A DNA stretch of 64,000 bases, taken from IMG/VR virus record IMGVR_UViG_3300049783_001607, one strand, 5' to 3'. The position numbers were made by a program, and so were the translations under genes. Positions 10,046-19,485 of the stretch are shown here, one piece after another. The notes under the pieces were generated by a model. It did no database searches, had not been told where the DNA came from, and saw only the letters and a list, made by a program, of their open reading frames with translations. How positions within the stretch are numbered: the stretch's first letter is position 1; every line of letters begins with the position of its first letter. This stretch comes from a virus.

Positions 10046-10308
10046 TTATGATATTTTTTTATTAAATTTTTTATTTGTAATATCAATGAAATTAAACTTA
10101 ATATAAATAATAAAAACATCATCCAATAATACCAATAATGTCTGGCTCCCCAACAATAATCTCTATCCATTCTAAATACACCGTTTTCTTTACAAGGTAT
10201 ATCACCAAAAAAACTTCTAAGTTCATTTGGTATAAAAGTAAATAAAATTGCACACGTAAATAATAATATTATTCTACCTGCTATATTAAAATATAGTTTA
10301 TAAGTCAT
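10042..10308 (-). CDS. Small two-TM membrane protein
   Basis: Two hydrophobic stretches flanking a WGARHYWY loop. Confidence 0.7.
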   Translation of the reverse strand: MTYKLYFNIAGRIILLFTCAILFTFIPNELRSFFGDIPCKENGVFRMDRDYCWGARHYWYYWMMFLLFILSLISLILQIKNLIKKYHK

Positions 10309-10459
10309 AGCTTTTTTTTATTTTAAATTAAACGATTTTTTTTAGTTAATAAGTGCAGTTACTTAAAAGTGTGCTTTACAGAGAGTGTTACTTTGGTCTT
10401 TTTCACACGCTAACTTTACCGGCACTTGTAACTCTTGATTTCACTGCAATTAATTTAAA

Positions 10460-10712
10460 AACTCTTTGGCCCAAAGTTCATTTATGGGATATTATACACA
10501 TCAGGAACAAGGTTTTGCAGACCTCTAGTGCATCTCTACACATCATCTAATTTTTGCTGATACATGTACGTCTACATTTACAATATTTAATACTTTTTCA
10601 AGGACACGCCTGTTGATACAAACTATAATTAACTTATACTCGTAAGTCTTTTAATCCAGCACTACACTTCCGATAGTAGGAATATTATTGTCTATCTTCA
10701 ATCCAAAGAGTT
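10460..10712 (-). ncRNA. Structured ncRNA candidate, motif B copy 3
   Basis: aactctttgg/ccaaagagtt closing stem; ccca..tggg hairpin; tattgtctatcttcaat block. Confidence 0.6.
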
Positions 10713-10970
10713 GAACTGTAAATTTTTTATTTCATCTATTTTAAGCGTTAAAAAATAATAATAAGGCTTTTGTTAACCGATTTTTGATATAAGTTATTAC
10801 ACTTATCCTGATACTATGCACAGCATTACAGGTATCTACGCCAAGAGGATATTTAGCTCTTCACAAGCTTAAATGCTCGAGCACTTGTGGTATCATATCC
10901 GCTTTTCATCTCCAAGTTAAGCGTGAGACTATGGGCAACCTTATTATTAAATTATATGATTATTTTAAAA

Positions 10971-11190
10971 CTTTTTGTCTTAAATTTCAGTTATAAGAAT
11001 TATATTTAATTCGATAAAGTACAATTTGTGGTTGTCTTTATAATCTAGGTGTTGCAACCTGATATAATCATTTAAATAAACTCGTTTTCAATAAACGCAA
11101 CTGCTGAAACAGTTTATAACTAGCACACTTCTCATCCTTTGTGTATATTATTTTGGATTCTTAGTTATAGTTTATATTAAATCCAAAAAG
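10971..11190 (-). ncRNA. Structured ncRNA candidate, motif B copy 4 (divergent, compensatory changes)
   Basis: ctttttg/caaaaag stem; hairpin ctta..taag replaces ccca..tggg around the same ttcagtta loop. Confidence 0.55.
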
Positions 11191-11281
11191 AATTAATATA
11201 TTTTATAAAAGTATAGAGCCTATAATAATCCCCCGATTATTTAGTTAATGACATATACTAACATCAACTCTATACTTTATA

Positions 11282-11803
11282 TTAAAATCCTAAATAAGCT
11301 AATTCAGAAGCAAAATCTTCATAAACAACTAAATTTTGTTTGTAATTATCGTTATCTAGTTCTACAAAATTAAAATTTTTACTGATGTCTGTAATAGTTT
11401 TCATACTTTCACTAACATCAATCCCAGTTTCTTTTTCAATTATTTTTAAACAGTATAAAAACTGATCTACATTACCCGTTCTTAAATAATCTATACCTTT
11501 TTCAAATGTAAATAAAGTACTATGACTTATACCAAAATTTATTTCTTTAGCTCTCCTACCTCTGTTATATATATTATCGAGAGTAAATGGTTTATCCATA
11601 AGCTCACATAAAGTATTAGTAGCAGCACAACCATAGCACACATCTTTTTTAATTAACCCAAAAAAATAAGATTTTTGTTCTATTTCTCCAAAAGTATTCA
11701 TGTTTATTTCAACCCACTTTTTTCTTATTCCTGCTACCATAGCAAATATAATACTAGAAACTGAGTCTATGTTTTCAAATATCCCTTTATTTTCACTTTT
11801 CAT
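11282..11803 (-). CDS. CxGCAATNTLC tandem-array paralog
   Basis: CYGCAATNTLCELM motif. Confidence 0.85.
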   Translation of the reverse strand: MKSENKGIFENIDSVSSIIFAMVAGIRKKWVEINMNTFGEIEQKSYFFGLIKKDVCYGCAATNTLCELMDKPFTLDNIYNRGRRAKEINFGISHSTLFTFEKGIDYLRTGNVDQFLYCLKIIEKETGIDVSESMKTITDISKNFNFVELDNDNYKQNLVVYEDFASELAYLGF

Positions 11804-11828
11804 TTTTTATACTATTTATAGTTATTGA

Positions 11829-12317
11829 TTAATGACCTGTTGATTTTAATAGTAAGGCAAGATTTTCATAATTAATTAAACCTGTTTTAAAATCATCATC
11901 TTGTAATATTGGTAAATAAAATCCCTGTGAAATTTTTAAAATAGCTCCTATATCAACAGAAATACCTATTTCTTTTTTTAATCCTGATAAAGAATGTACA
12001 AATTCATCTACATCCCCTTGTCTAAGCCTGTCTAAAGCACGTTCAAATCTCATTAAAGTATTTTTAGATATTCCAAAATTTATTTTATCAACCCTTTTAC
12101 TTAAACTTGATATATTACTTGCATTAAAAGGTTCTCCCATTAATTGACACAAAGTATTAGTAGCAGCACAACCATAGCATATTTTTTGTGAGCTTACGTC
12201 TCCATAGGTTTGCATTGCAACTCTTACCCACTCCTTTTTTAGTCCTTCTGTCATAGCTAATATTACGTCAGAAACTGAGTTTATATTTTCAAATAAACCT
12301 GTATATTTTTTAGTCAT
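11829..12317 (-). CDS. CxGCAATNTLC tandem-array paralog
   Basis: CYGCAATNTLCQLM motif. Confidence 0.85.
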   Translation of the reverse strand: MTKKYTGLFENINSVSDVILAMTEGLKKEWVRVAMQTYGDVSSQKICYGCAATNTLCQLMGEPFNASNISSLSKRVDKINFGISKNTLMRFERALDRLRQGDVDEFVHSLSGLKKEIGISVDIGAILKISQGFYLPILQDDDFKTGLINYENLALLLKSTGH

Positions 12318-12340
12318 GTTATAGTATTTTTAATGTTGAA

Positions 12341-12838
12341 TTAATAGCCTTCTTTTTTTAATTCCGTGCCAAATTTTTTATAGTAATGCAAATTTGCTTT
12401 AAAATTTTTATCATTTAAAGAAGGTAATTGAAATAAAGCGCTGAATAACATGATTTTTTCAAATTGAGTAACAAATCCCAATTCGTTTTCTAAAACGGTA
12501 GTATAAGATAAAAATTCAATTATAGATCCTTGTCTAAGCTTATCTACAGCACGTTCAAATCTCATTAAAGTTTCTTCAGATATTCCAAAATTTATTTCTA
12601 TAGCCCTGCCTTCTAAACTATTTATGTGGCTAGACTTAAAAGGTTTTCCCATCAATTCACATAAAGTATTAGTAGCAGCACAACCATAGCATGTTGTATT
12701 TTTATTACCCATTGTTGACGCACCAAAAGTGTACATTTTAACATTTACCCATTCTTTTTCCAACCCTGCTACCATGGCTAGTATTATGTCAGAGACTGAA
12801 TGTATGTTTTCAAATAAACCTGTATATTTTTTATTCAT
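12341..12838 (-). CDS. CxGCAATNTLC tandem-array paralog
   Basis: CYGCAATNTLCELM motif. Confidence 0.85.
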   Translation of the reverse strand: MNKKYTGLFENIHSVSDIILAMVAGLEKEWVNVKMYTFGASTMGNKNTTCYGCAATNTLCELMGKPFKSSHINSLEGRAIEINFGISEETLMRFERAVDKLRQGSIIEFLSYTTVLENELGFVTQFEKIMLFSALFQLPSLNDKNFKANLHYYKKFGTELKKEGY

Positions 12839-12856
12839 TTCGTAATATTTATAGTG

Positions 12857-13345
12857 TTAATAACCGTTTTGTTTTAATTCATTTGCGAATTGCTCATAAT
12901 AAATTAAATCCGTTTTATAATTTGAATTTTCTAGTCTAGGTAAATTAAAGTCTATATAAATAGATTTAATTTTTTTTAATTCTACAACGAAACCAATTTC
13001 TTCTTCAATCTCTGATAACGCCTCTAAAAATGTTATTATACATCCTTTTCTAAGGCTATCTATACACTCTTCAAACATTCTTAAATTTCCTGAAGATATC
13101 CCAAAATTTACTTGTTCTGCTCTCCGGTCTAAATTTATTATATTACTTGCATTAAATGGTTTATCCATTAATTGACACAAGGTATTAGTAGCCGCACAAC
13201 CGAAACATATTTTATCAGTAGTTACACCTCCATAAGTATTCATATCAACTTCAACCCATTCTTTTTTTAATCCTTTTATCATTGAAAATATAATATCTGA
13301 AACTGAATTTATTTTACTGAATATTCCTTTTTGTATTGCAGCCAT
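12857..13345 (-). CDS. CxGCAATNTLC tandem-array paralog
   Basis: CFGCAATNTLCQLM motif. Confidence 0.85.
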   Translation of the reverse strand: MAAIQKGIFSKINSVSDIIFSMIKGLKKEWVEVDMNTYGGVTTDKICFGCAATNTLCQLMDKPFNASNIINLDRRAEQVNFGISSGNLRMFEECIDSLRKGCIITFLEALSEIEEEIGFVVELKKIKSIYIDFNLPRLENSNYKTDLIYYEQFANELKQNGY

Positions 13346-13368
13346 TTTGTAATATTTTTAATGTTAGA

Positions 13369-13857
13369 TTAAAGTCCTTCTTTTTTTAATGCACTCGCTA
13401 ATTGCTCATAATAAATTAAATTCGTTTTATAATTTGAGTTTTCTAATTTTGGCAAATTAAATTCCATACAAATAGACTTGATTTTTTCTTCTTCTATAAC
13501 AAAACCAATTTCGTCTTCGAGGCTTGATAAGTAAAGTAAAAATGTTATTATACATCCTGTTCTCAAGTTATCTATAGATACTTCAAACCGTCTTAAAGTA
13601 TGTGTAGATATCCCAAAATTTACCTCTTTTGCTCTTTCGTGTAAACCTATTATATTATCTACAGTAAATGGTTTATCCATTAATTGACATAAAGTATTTG
13701 TAGCAGCGCAGCCAAAACATACTTCATCATCAGTTACACTTCCAAAAGTATCCATATCAACTTCTACCCATTCTTTTTTTAAACCGTGTATCATAGCAAA
13801 TATAATATCTGAAACGGAGTTTATGTTCTTAAATATCCCTGTTTGTATTTTATCCAT
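13369..13857 (-). CDS. CxGCAATNTLC tandem-array paralog
   Basis: CFGCAATNTLCQLM motif. Confidence 0.85.
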   Translation of the reverse strand: MDKIQTGIFKNINSVSDIIFAMIHGLKKEWVEVDMDTFGSVTDDEVCFGCAATNTLCQLMDKPFTVDNIIGLHERAKEVNFGISTHTLRRFEVSIDNLRTGCIITFLLYLSSLEDEIGFVIEEEKIKSICMEFNLPKLENSNYKTNLIYYEQLASALKKEGL

Positions 13858-13879
13858 TTGTAATATTTTTAATGTTAAA

Positions 13880-14365
13880 TTAAAGCCCTTCTTTTTTTAA
13901 TTCAGCAGCAATTTTTTCATAGAAATGCAGATTTTTTTTATAATCGTCAGTATCTAATTCTGGTAAATTAATTTTATTCATAATGCTGATAAGTCTGTCC
14001 GTTTCAATTTTTATACCGATTTCTTTTTCAATTTCTATTAAATGATGTATAAATTCCCTACTTCTTCCTAGTCTTAAATTATCTAAAGACATTTCAAATA
14101 CTTTTAAAGTGTACCAATCAATTCCAAAATTTACTTTTTCACGTCTACTTTTTAGGTTGTTTATATTACTTGCATTAAAAGGTTCTCCCATTAATTGACA
14201 CAAAGTATTAGTAGCAGCGCAACCGAAACATACTTTTTTATATACAGCTCCATAAGTTTGCATATCAATTTTTACCCACTCTTTTTTTAATCCCTCTGTC
14301 ATAGCTAGTATTATGTCTGAGACTGAATTTATTTTACTGAATATACCTGTTTGTATTGTATTCAT
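13880..14365 (-). CDS. CxGCAATNTLC tandem-array paralog
   Basis: CFGCAATNTLCQLM motif. Confidence 0.85.
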   Translation of the reverse strand: MNTIQTGIFSKINSVSDIILAMTEGLKKEWVKIDMQTYGAVYKKVCFGCAATNTLCQLMGEPFNASNINNLKSRREKVNFGIDWYTLKVFEMSLDNLRLGRSREFIHHLIEIEKEIGIKIETDRLISIMNKINLPELDTDDYKKNLHFYEKIAAELKKEGL

Positions 14366-14388
14366 ATTGTAATATTTTTAATGTTAGA

Positions 14389-14874
14389 TTAAAGCCCTTC
14401 TTTTTTTAATGCTTCTGCAAATACTTCGTAATGTCGTAAATTGATTTTATAATTTTCATTAGTTAATATTGGTAAATAAACTTTATCCGCAATAACCATA
14501 ATTTTTTCTTCTTCGATTTTTATACCAGTCTTTTTCTCAATTTGTTCTAAACAGTATAAAAAATCTTCAGTTCTTGCTTCTCTTAAATGATCTAAACCCA
14601 TTTCAAAGTTTCCTAAAGTATGGCTATCAATCCCAAAATTTACTTTTTTACGTCTGGATTGTAGGCTAATTATATTATTTTCATTAAAAGGCTCTCCCAT
14701 CAACTCACATAAAGTATTAGTAGCTGCACATCCAAAACATAGATTATTTTCTTCATATCCGTAACTTTGCATATCAACATTTACCCATTCTTTTTCTAAG
14801 CCTCGGATCATTGTAAATATTATGTCAGAAACTGAATTTATTTTACTGAATATGTTTTCTTGTATTGTATCCAT
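14389..14874 (-). CDS. CxGCAATNTLC tandem-array paralog
   Basis: CFGCAATNTLCELM motif. Confidence 0.85.
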   Translation of the reverse strand: MDTIQENIFSKINSVSDIIFTMIRGLEKEWVNVDMQSYGYEENNLCFGCAATNTLCELMGEPFNENNIISLQSRRKKVNFGIDSHTLGNFEMGLDHLREARTEDFLYCLEQIEKKTGIKIEEEKIMVIADKVYLPILTNENYKINLRHYEVFAEALKKEGL

Positions 14875-14902
14875 TCTGTAATTATTTTTTTTTAGTGTTA
14901 GA

Positions 14903-15412
14903 TTAATACCCTTCTTTTTTTAAGTCTAAAGCAAATTCTTTATAGATAGGCAGATATTCTTTAAAATCTTCATTGTATAATATTGGTAAATGATATGTGC
15001 TGCTAAAGCATAAGATTTCTTCAACTTTTACAGCAAACCCTAGTTCTTTTTCTAGTGCTTTTATATGCGATAAAAACCAGTCTATATCTCCCACTCTTAA
15101 CTTATCTACTCCTTGTTCAAATCTATATACAACATCTGAAGGGATACCAAAATTTACTAGAGAAGCTCTTTCTTCTACGCTGTGTATATTACTGGAATCA
15201 AAAGGTTTTCCCATCAATTGACATAGAGTATTAGTAGCTGCACATCCAAAACACATATTTTTTTCATTAGCTATTGTCTCACCAAACCTTGTTGTACCAT
15301 AGGTTTCCATATCAACATTTACCCATTCTTTTTCTAAGCCTGCTACCATAGCAAATATAATATCTGAAATTGAGTGCACATCTTCAAATAAACCTGTATA
15401 TTTTTTATTCAT
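14903..15412 (-). CDS. CxGCAATNTLC tandem-array paralog
   Basis: CFGCAATNTLCQLM motif. Confidence 0.85.
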   Translation of the reverse strand: MNKKYTGLFEDVHSISDIIFAMVAGLEKEWVNVDMETYGTTRFGETIANEKNMCFGCAATNTLCQLMGKPFDSSNIHSVEERASLVNFGIPSDVVYRFEQGVDKLRVGDIDWFLSHIKALEKELGFAVKVEEILCFSSTYHLPILYNEDFKEYLPIYKEFALDLKKEGY

Positions 15413-15574
15413 GTTATAGTATTTATAGTGTTAAAATTAAAAAACCCCACTTCTATAGAGAGGTGGGGAAATTGCTATGAATAAGTTTCTTATTTATGCA
15501 CCCCAGAAACTTGTTTGAAGGAGGGGCAAAGAACTTGGTACGTACTTAGTCGCTCGGCAGCGATGATTTCTACT

Positions 15575-16021
15575 TTATTTAATATGAACGATATCAAGTA
15601 TTCTTGTATCAATTCTTTTTGATAATTTTTCGGTTTCTTCTTCAAAAACTTTTTTACATTCTGTTTTTAGTGCTAATTCGTTTTTTAAAGCTGCCCTAGC
15701 ATTACTAATTCCTTTTAAATAAACAGAAATAATATTATTTTGAGCTTCGTTTGTAAGAATATCATCTGGATTAACATTCATGTACGCCTCTTTCAACGAC
15801 TCTTCAAAATCTTCAATTCGCTCATTAAAAGATTCAATAGCTTGTTCGTAATTAAACTTTAGAGTTTCTTTATTCTTCTCTAAAGCTTGCACATCCCTTT
15901 TTAATTTTTTAACTACTTTAGTAAAAAAACTATCTAATTTTCCGTTATTACCTAATTTAAGTAATTCAGCGATTTTTCTTGTAATAAGATACTTAGCTGT
16001 TTCTTGTTTTTCTGTACTCAT
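15575..16021 (-). CDS. Coiled-coil hypothetical protein
   Basis: 148 aa, charged helical composition. Confidence 0.7.
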   Translation of the reverse strand: MSTEKQETAKYLITRKIAELLKLGNNGKLDSFFTKVVKKLKRDVQALEKNKETLKFNYEQAIESFNERIEDFEESLKEAYMNVNPDDILTNEAQNNIISVYLKGISNARAALKNELALKTECKKVFEEETEKLSKRIDTRILDIVHIK

Positions 16022-16051
16022 AATAATTTAATTCTAGTATTTAAATAATAT

Positions 16052-17998
16052 TTAATAATCTATCACCTCGATTAAAGGTATTACAATAATCTCATCCCTT
16101 GTAATAATTTTTGGAGTATTTAATCTTTTTTCATTTATTGTACTAACAGTTTTTTTATTAGTTACCTCATTTTCTGCAAATTCTAAGCAATCTTCTACAT
16201 ATGTATATGAAAAATGACCTGCGGGTATAGAATTTACTCTGAAGTGGTTTTTTGAAATATACTTTGTTATTACACCTAGTTTACCAATTGTGTCGTCCAT
16301 GGAATCTATCCAATTAAAAGGAGGAGGAGAATTTATATTTTTGCGCTTTATTCTTACAATATCGTCTTTTTTAAATTTCATTTCCGGTCCAATTTCTAAA
16401 GAATCTTCAAAAAATTCTCCATTTTTAAGCATTTCGTCATAAGGATTCATAACTACTATGTCTCCGTGGGTATTTAGTTTTGTTGTCGGATCTAATATTA
16501 AAGATTCTACAGGAAAAGTAAACCTTTCATATGCTACATTTATTTCTTCCCCCCGGCCATTTAAAAATTTTAATTTAACACTATTAGAACTTTCTAATGT
16601 TTTACGTACTATTGCTTTAAGAGAAATAGCAGAATCCATTTGCTGAATCCATGAGCATAATTTATTATCACTGTATTTTTTTAAAACAATTACTACATCA
16701 TCTTTTTTAAAGCCATCATAGTTAACACTAGGCTTTTCAGCATTAAAAATATCAATATGTTCTTCTTCTTTAATTAAAGCCGCATTTCCAGGAATTAAAG
16801 ATTGTAAAGGATATGAATATACATGAAAAGAAGGGGAAATAAAATTATAATCAGAACTTAAAAATTTTAATTCTGCACTTTCATTTATAGTGTTAATTTT
16901 TGCTATAATAGCTTTATAACCAACAGCTTCTGTCATTTCAGGTTCCCAACTACATCCTTTATTTTCACGATATATTTTATTAACTCTTACTGAAGAACCT
17001 TCTATAAACTTATTTATATCTATTTTTTCAGGTGAGTCTTTAATATTAGATTCTAGTTTTAATGATTGTATGGGAGATCTGTTAGCTACCCATCCAATAT
17101 TAGATTCTAGTTTTAATGATTGTATGGGAAATCCTTTGCCTCCTCCCAACTCAGATATTTTTTTTTCTAGTGAAATATCTATAAATTTTAATTGTGCAAA
17201 TTTATATCTATAATTTACACTTTGTACTATTGCTGATCTTTTTAGAGTCATATCCATAGGCGAAATCCAAACACAATTTCTATTGTCTCTATATATATTA
17301 TCTACTATTACTTCAGATCCTTTTTGAATCTCTAGTAATTCTAATGATTCAACAGGAAACACCCAGTTAGAACTGCTAAATTCATTTTTTAAAATAGTGT
17401 TATGAAATTTTAACTTTGCTATATTTTTAAATACATTTACTACTGTAGCAGTTTTTCCTATAGTTTTATCCATCTTAGATACCCAACAAGCATCCATATT
17501 TTCAGAATGTTTTTTAGTTACTTTTATTTCTGATCCTTCTTTTATGTCCATGGTATTAGATTTAGTGTATTTTTTTAAGAATTCTTCCGATAGTGGGGGC
17601 AGTGGTATTGGTTCCTGGTTTAAAAAACATTCTGAGGGTGTAAGGGGTCTTTCCATTGCAGTATTGAGATAAAAAGGATTGGAAGCTGATTTATTAAATC
17701 CTCTAGCAGCCGTATCTAAATACATAGTACGCATACTTGAATATGTATTAGGCACAAAAAGAGAATCATTATTGGAATATACTAAAGATTCTATAGGGAA
17801 TGACATGTTTTTAAACTCGTTTTTTAAATGAGGTGAACTAAACATTAAATTTACTACACTATTAGACCATACATAACTCACTTCTGCAAAATGTCCTATA
17901 GCTTTATCCATTGTTGGAGTCCATCTACATGTTTTATTTTGTCTATATATTTTATCTACTTTTATTATATCTCCTATTTGTATTTTTTCTGTTTTCAT
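16052..17998 (-). CDS. Six-repeat protein (SH3/KOW-like beta repeats)
   Basis: Six copies of G..V.V....N..C.W...MD..IG..A.V...FP.ESL. Confidence 0.75.
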   Translation of the reverse strand: MKTEKIQIGDIIKVDKIYRQNKTCRWTPTMDKAIGHFAEVSYVWSNSVVNLMFSSPHLKNEFKNMSFPIESLVYSNNDSLFVPNTYSSMRTMYLDTAARGFNKSASNPFYLNTAMERPLTPSECFLNQEPIPLPPLSEEFLKKYTKSNTMDIKEGSEIKVTKKHSENMDACWVSKMDKTIGKTATVVNVFKNIAKLKFHNTILKNEFSSSNWVFPVESLELLEIQKGSEVIVDNIYRDNRNCVWISPMDMTLKRSAIVQSVNYRYKFAQLKFIDISLEKKISELGGGKGFPIQSLKLESNIGWVANRSPIQSLKLESNIKDSPEKIDINKFIEGSSVRVNKIYRENKGCSWEPEMTEAVGYKAIIAKINTINESAELKFLSSDYNFISPSFHVYSYPLQSLIPGNAALIKEEEHIDIFNAEKPSVNYDGFKKDDVVIVLKKYSDNKLCSWIQQMDSAISLKAIVRKTLESSNSVKLKFLNGRGEEINVAYERFTFPVESLILDPTTKLNTHGDIVVMNPYDEMLKNGEFFEDSLEIGPEMKFKKDDIVRIKRKNINSPPPFNWIDSMDDTIGKLGVITKYISKNHFRVNSIPAGHFSYTYVEDCLEFAENEVTNKKTVSTINEKRLNTPKIITRDEIIVIPLIEVIDY

Positions 17999-18103
17999 GG
18001 CTTAAATTTTAAAATGAAAATGTCTTTTAATATATCTTAACGTTATATTAATTGTTTTAAGATATGATAAAAGACATGGATTATATTTTGAAAATCTGGA
18101 ATT

Positions 18104-18138
18104 AAAAAAAGCGGGAGTATGATAAACCCACGCTTTTT
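18104..18138 (-). terminator. Intrinsic terminator downstream of tmRNA
   Basis: Imperfect GC stem (agcgggag/cccacgct) with A/T tracts on both sides. Confidence 0.6.
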
Positions 18139-18182
18139 TAATAATTTAATTAGTGGAGCATAAGGGATTCGCTTTAGTTTCA

Positions 18183-18214
18183 TTTGTTTTAACCACTAAT
18201 TTAATTTATATTTG
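18183..18214 (+). promoter_or_regulatory. Bacteroidota sigma-70 type promoter for the intron endonuclease
   Basis: TTTG (18183) - 20 nt - TATATTTG (18207), 4 nt before the ATG. Confidence 0.75.
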
Positions 18215-18218
18215 CAAT

Positions 18219-18725
18219 ATGAATTACAAAAATAATAGAAAATTAATAGAGTTAAAATGCGATGGTTGTAACACTATTTATAATAAACCTGAAAAAGATT
18301 ACAAAAGAAATCTTAGAGTAGGTAGAAAAAGCTATTGTACTAGAATTTGTGCTGGTAAACACAATAAAACTACACATTTAATTCCCGGTAACAGAAATGA
18401 TACTTTTACTCCTTACAAGTATTATATGAAAAATGTTAAACAACGTTTTAAAAATCACAATATAACATTAATAGATTTACAAAACCAATGGTTACAACAA
18501 AAAGGGATTTGTCCTTATTCTGGTGTAAAATTAATATTGTCTACTCATAGTAAAAGAGAATCTAACACTGTTTATGGAGCTTCTTTAGATAGAATAGATT
18601 CTACTTTAGGCTATATAAAAGGTAATATTCAATTTACTTCAAAAGCAATAAATTACATGAAAGGAGAAATGACTCATGAAGAGACTTTAAACTTATGTAA
18701 AATAATATCTATTAATTACAAATAA
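18219..18725 (+). CDS. Putative homing endonuclease (His-Me/HNH-like), antisense within the intron
   Basis: N-terminal CxxC..CxxxC, CPYSG, SLDRIDS.LGY.KGN...N..K; ATG 18219 preferred over GTG 18153, which lies in the tmRNA 3' end. Confidence 0.8.
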   Translation: MNYKNNRKLIELKCDGCNTIYNKPEKDYKRNLRVGRKSYCTRICAGKHNKTTHLIPGNRNDTFTPYKYYMKNVKQRFKNHNITLIDLQNQWLQQKGICPYSGVKLILSTHSKRESNTVYGASLDRIDSTLGYIKGNIQFTSKAINYMKGEMTHEETLNLCKIISINYK

Positions 18726-19231
18726 ACTTACATTTCTATAAGGATCGGACTATATCATCAACTGTTCTAGTTGTTGCTTCCTGTGGGCTATCCGTAGATT
18801 CCCTAGTCTCTGAACCTTCTCACTTCTTCCAGTGAGCTTGGCTGCTGATTAGCTTAGGTGCGTCTTTCAACCCTTAGCTTCCCAGTCAATTCAAGCAATG
18901 TTTTTTATTAAGTATCCCTACTTAACTGGTCCGAATTTCTTTAAACCCTTGTCTTCCGCTACTCAATAAATAATATTTTATAAAGCTTATGTGTAGTTTT
19001 AATTCTTCTCCAGAATAGGAACAACTGATTAAAGTTAGTTCACCACCACTTATTTTTTTAAGAAATAAGAAACTTTGTAATATATTATACAGCTTCACTA
19101 TTATAATAATAAAAGATTACTCCCATATTAAATACAATTTCGGGTCTTGCTCTAGTTTTTGTGTTATCCAAACTCAAGGTTCCTGTAATATATTGTGCAT
19201 AGCCCTCCTAAACCTTTTTTGGGTATTGACT

Positions 19232-19357
19232 CTATGCTGCCACTGCTAATTCCTTTTCTTGGACTGGTACTGTACTTCCCAATTCTTCTGATCCAGAGTT
19301 TAGAATGTTGTAAACAACTTTCATGTTAGCTTCCGATTGATTCTTAATTTCGTTTCC
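19232..19357 (-). other. tmRNA tag reading frame, 41 aa GNEIKNQSEANMKVVYNILNSGSEELGSTVPVQEKELAVAA
   Basis: Resume context aataaacGGA; C-terminal LAVAA degron-like; TAG stop. Confidence 0.75.
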
Positions 19358-19449
19358 GTTTATTAAAATTCACCTATGTTTAGAGTTTTCTCTCGCTTAA
19401 TATTATAAATCTTGTATGAAATCAACACCGAAAATGCCCCAGTTAATCA

Positions 19450-19457
19450 CAAATGTA
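19450..19457 (-). promoter_or_regulatory. Bacteroidota -7 promoter element for ssrA
   Basis: TACATTTG 9 nt upstream of tmRNA 5' end. Confidence 0.7.
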
Positions 19458-19485
19458 ATATTTTTTATTGGTTTTAGTTATTTAA

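Larger units (their letters stand above)
18172..18943 (-). mobile_element. Group I intron in the tmRNA T-loop
   Basis: P AATTGACTGGGAAG, Q AATCAGCAGCC, R GTTCAGAGACTA, S ATGATATAGTCC; terminal G; IGS ATTCG-GACC pairs with both exons. Confidence 0.93.
18154..19440 (-). ncRNA. ssrA: tmRNA (exons 19440-18944 and 18171-18154), intron-split
   Basis: 5' GGGGCAT pairs with 3' ATGCTCC-A giving G3.U; spliced T-arm GACAAGGGTT/CGAATCCCTT; tag ORF ending ELAVAA*. Confidence 0.92.

Noticed and set aside
5866-11190. Repeated blocks with variable spacers as a CRISPR or TIGR-like array
   Set aside because: Blocks differ from one another within a unit, spacers vary widely in length and form helices; no cas operon (38292 is a stand-alone PD-(D/E)XK nuclease)
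6955-11190. Motif B as a hammerhead ribozyme (CTGCTGA resembles CUGAUGA)
   Set aside because: No correctly placed GAAA or three-stem core, and G.U pairs favour the opposite strand
1-15412. Diversity-generating retroelement behind the paralog variation
   Set aside because: No reverse transcriptase in the window and variation is not adenine-specific
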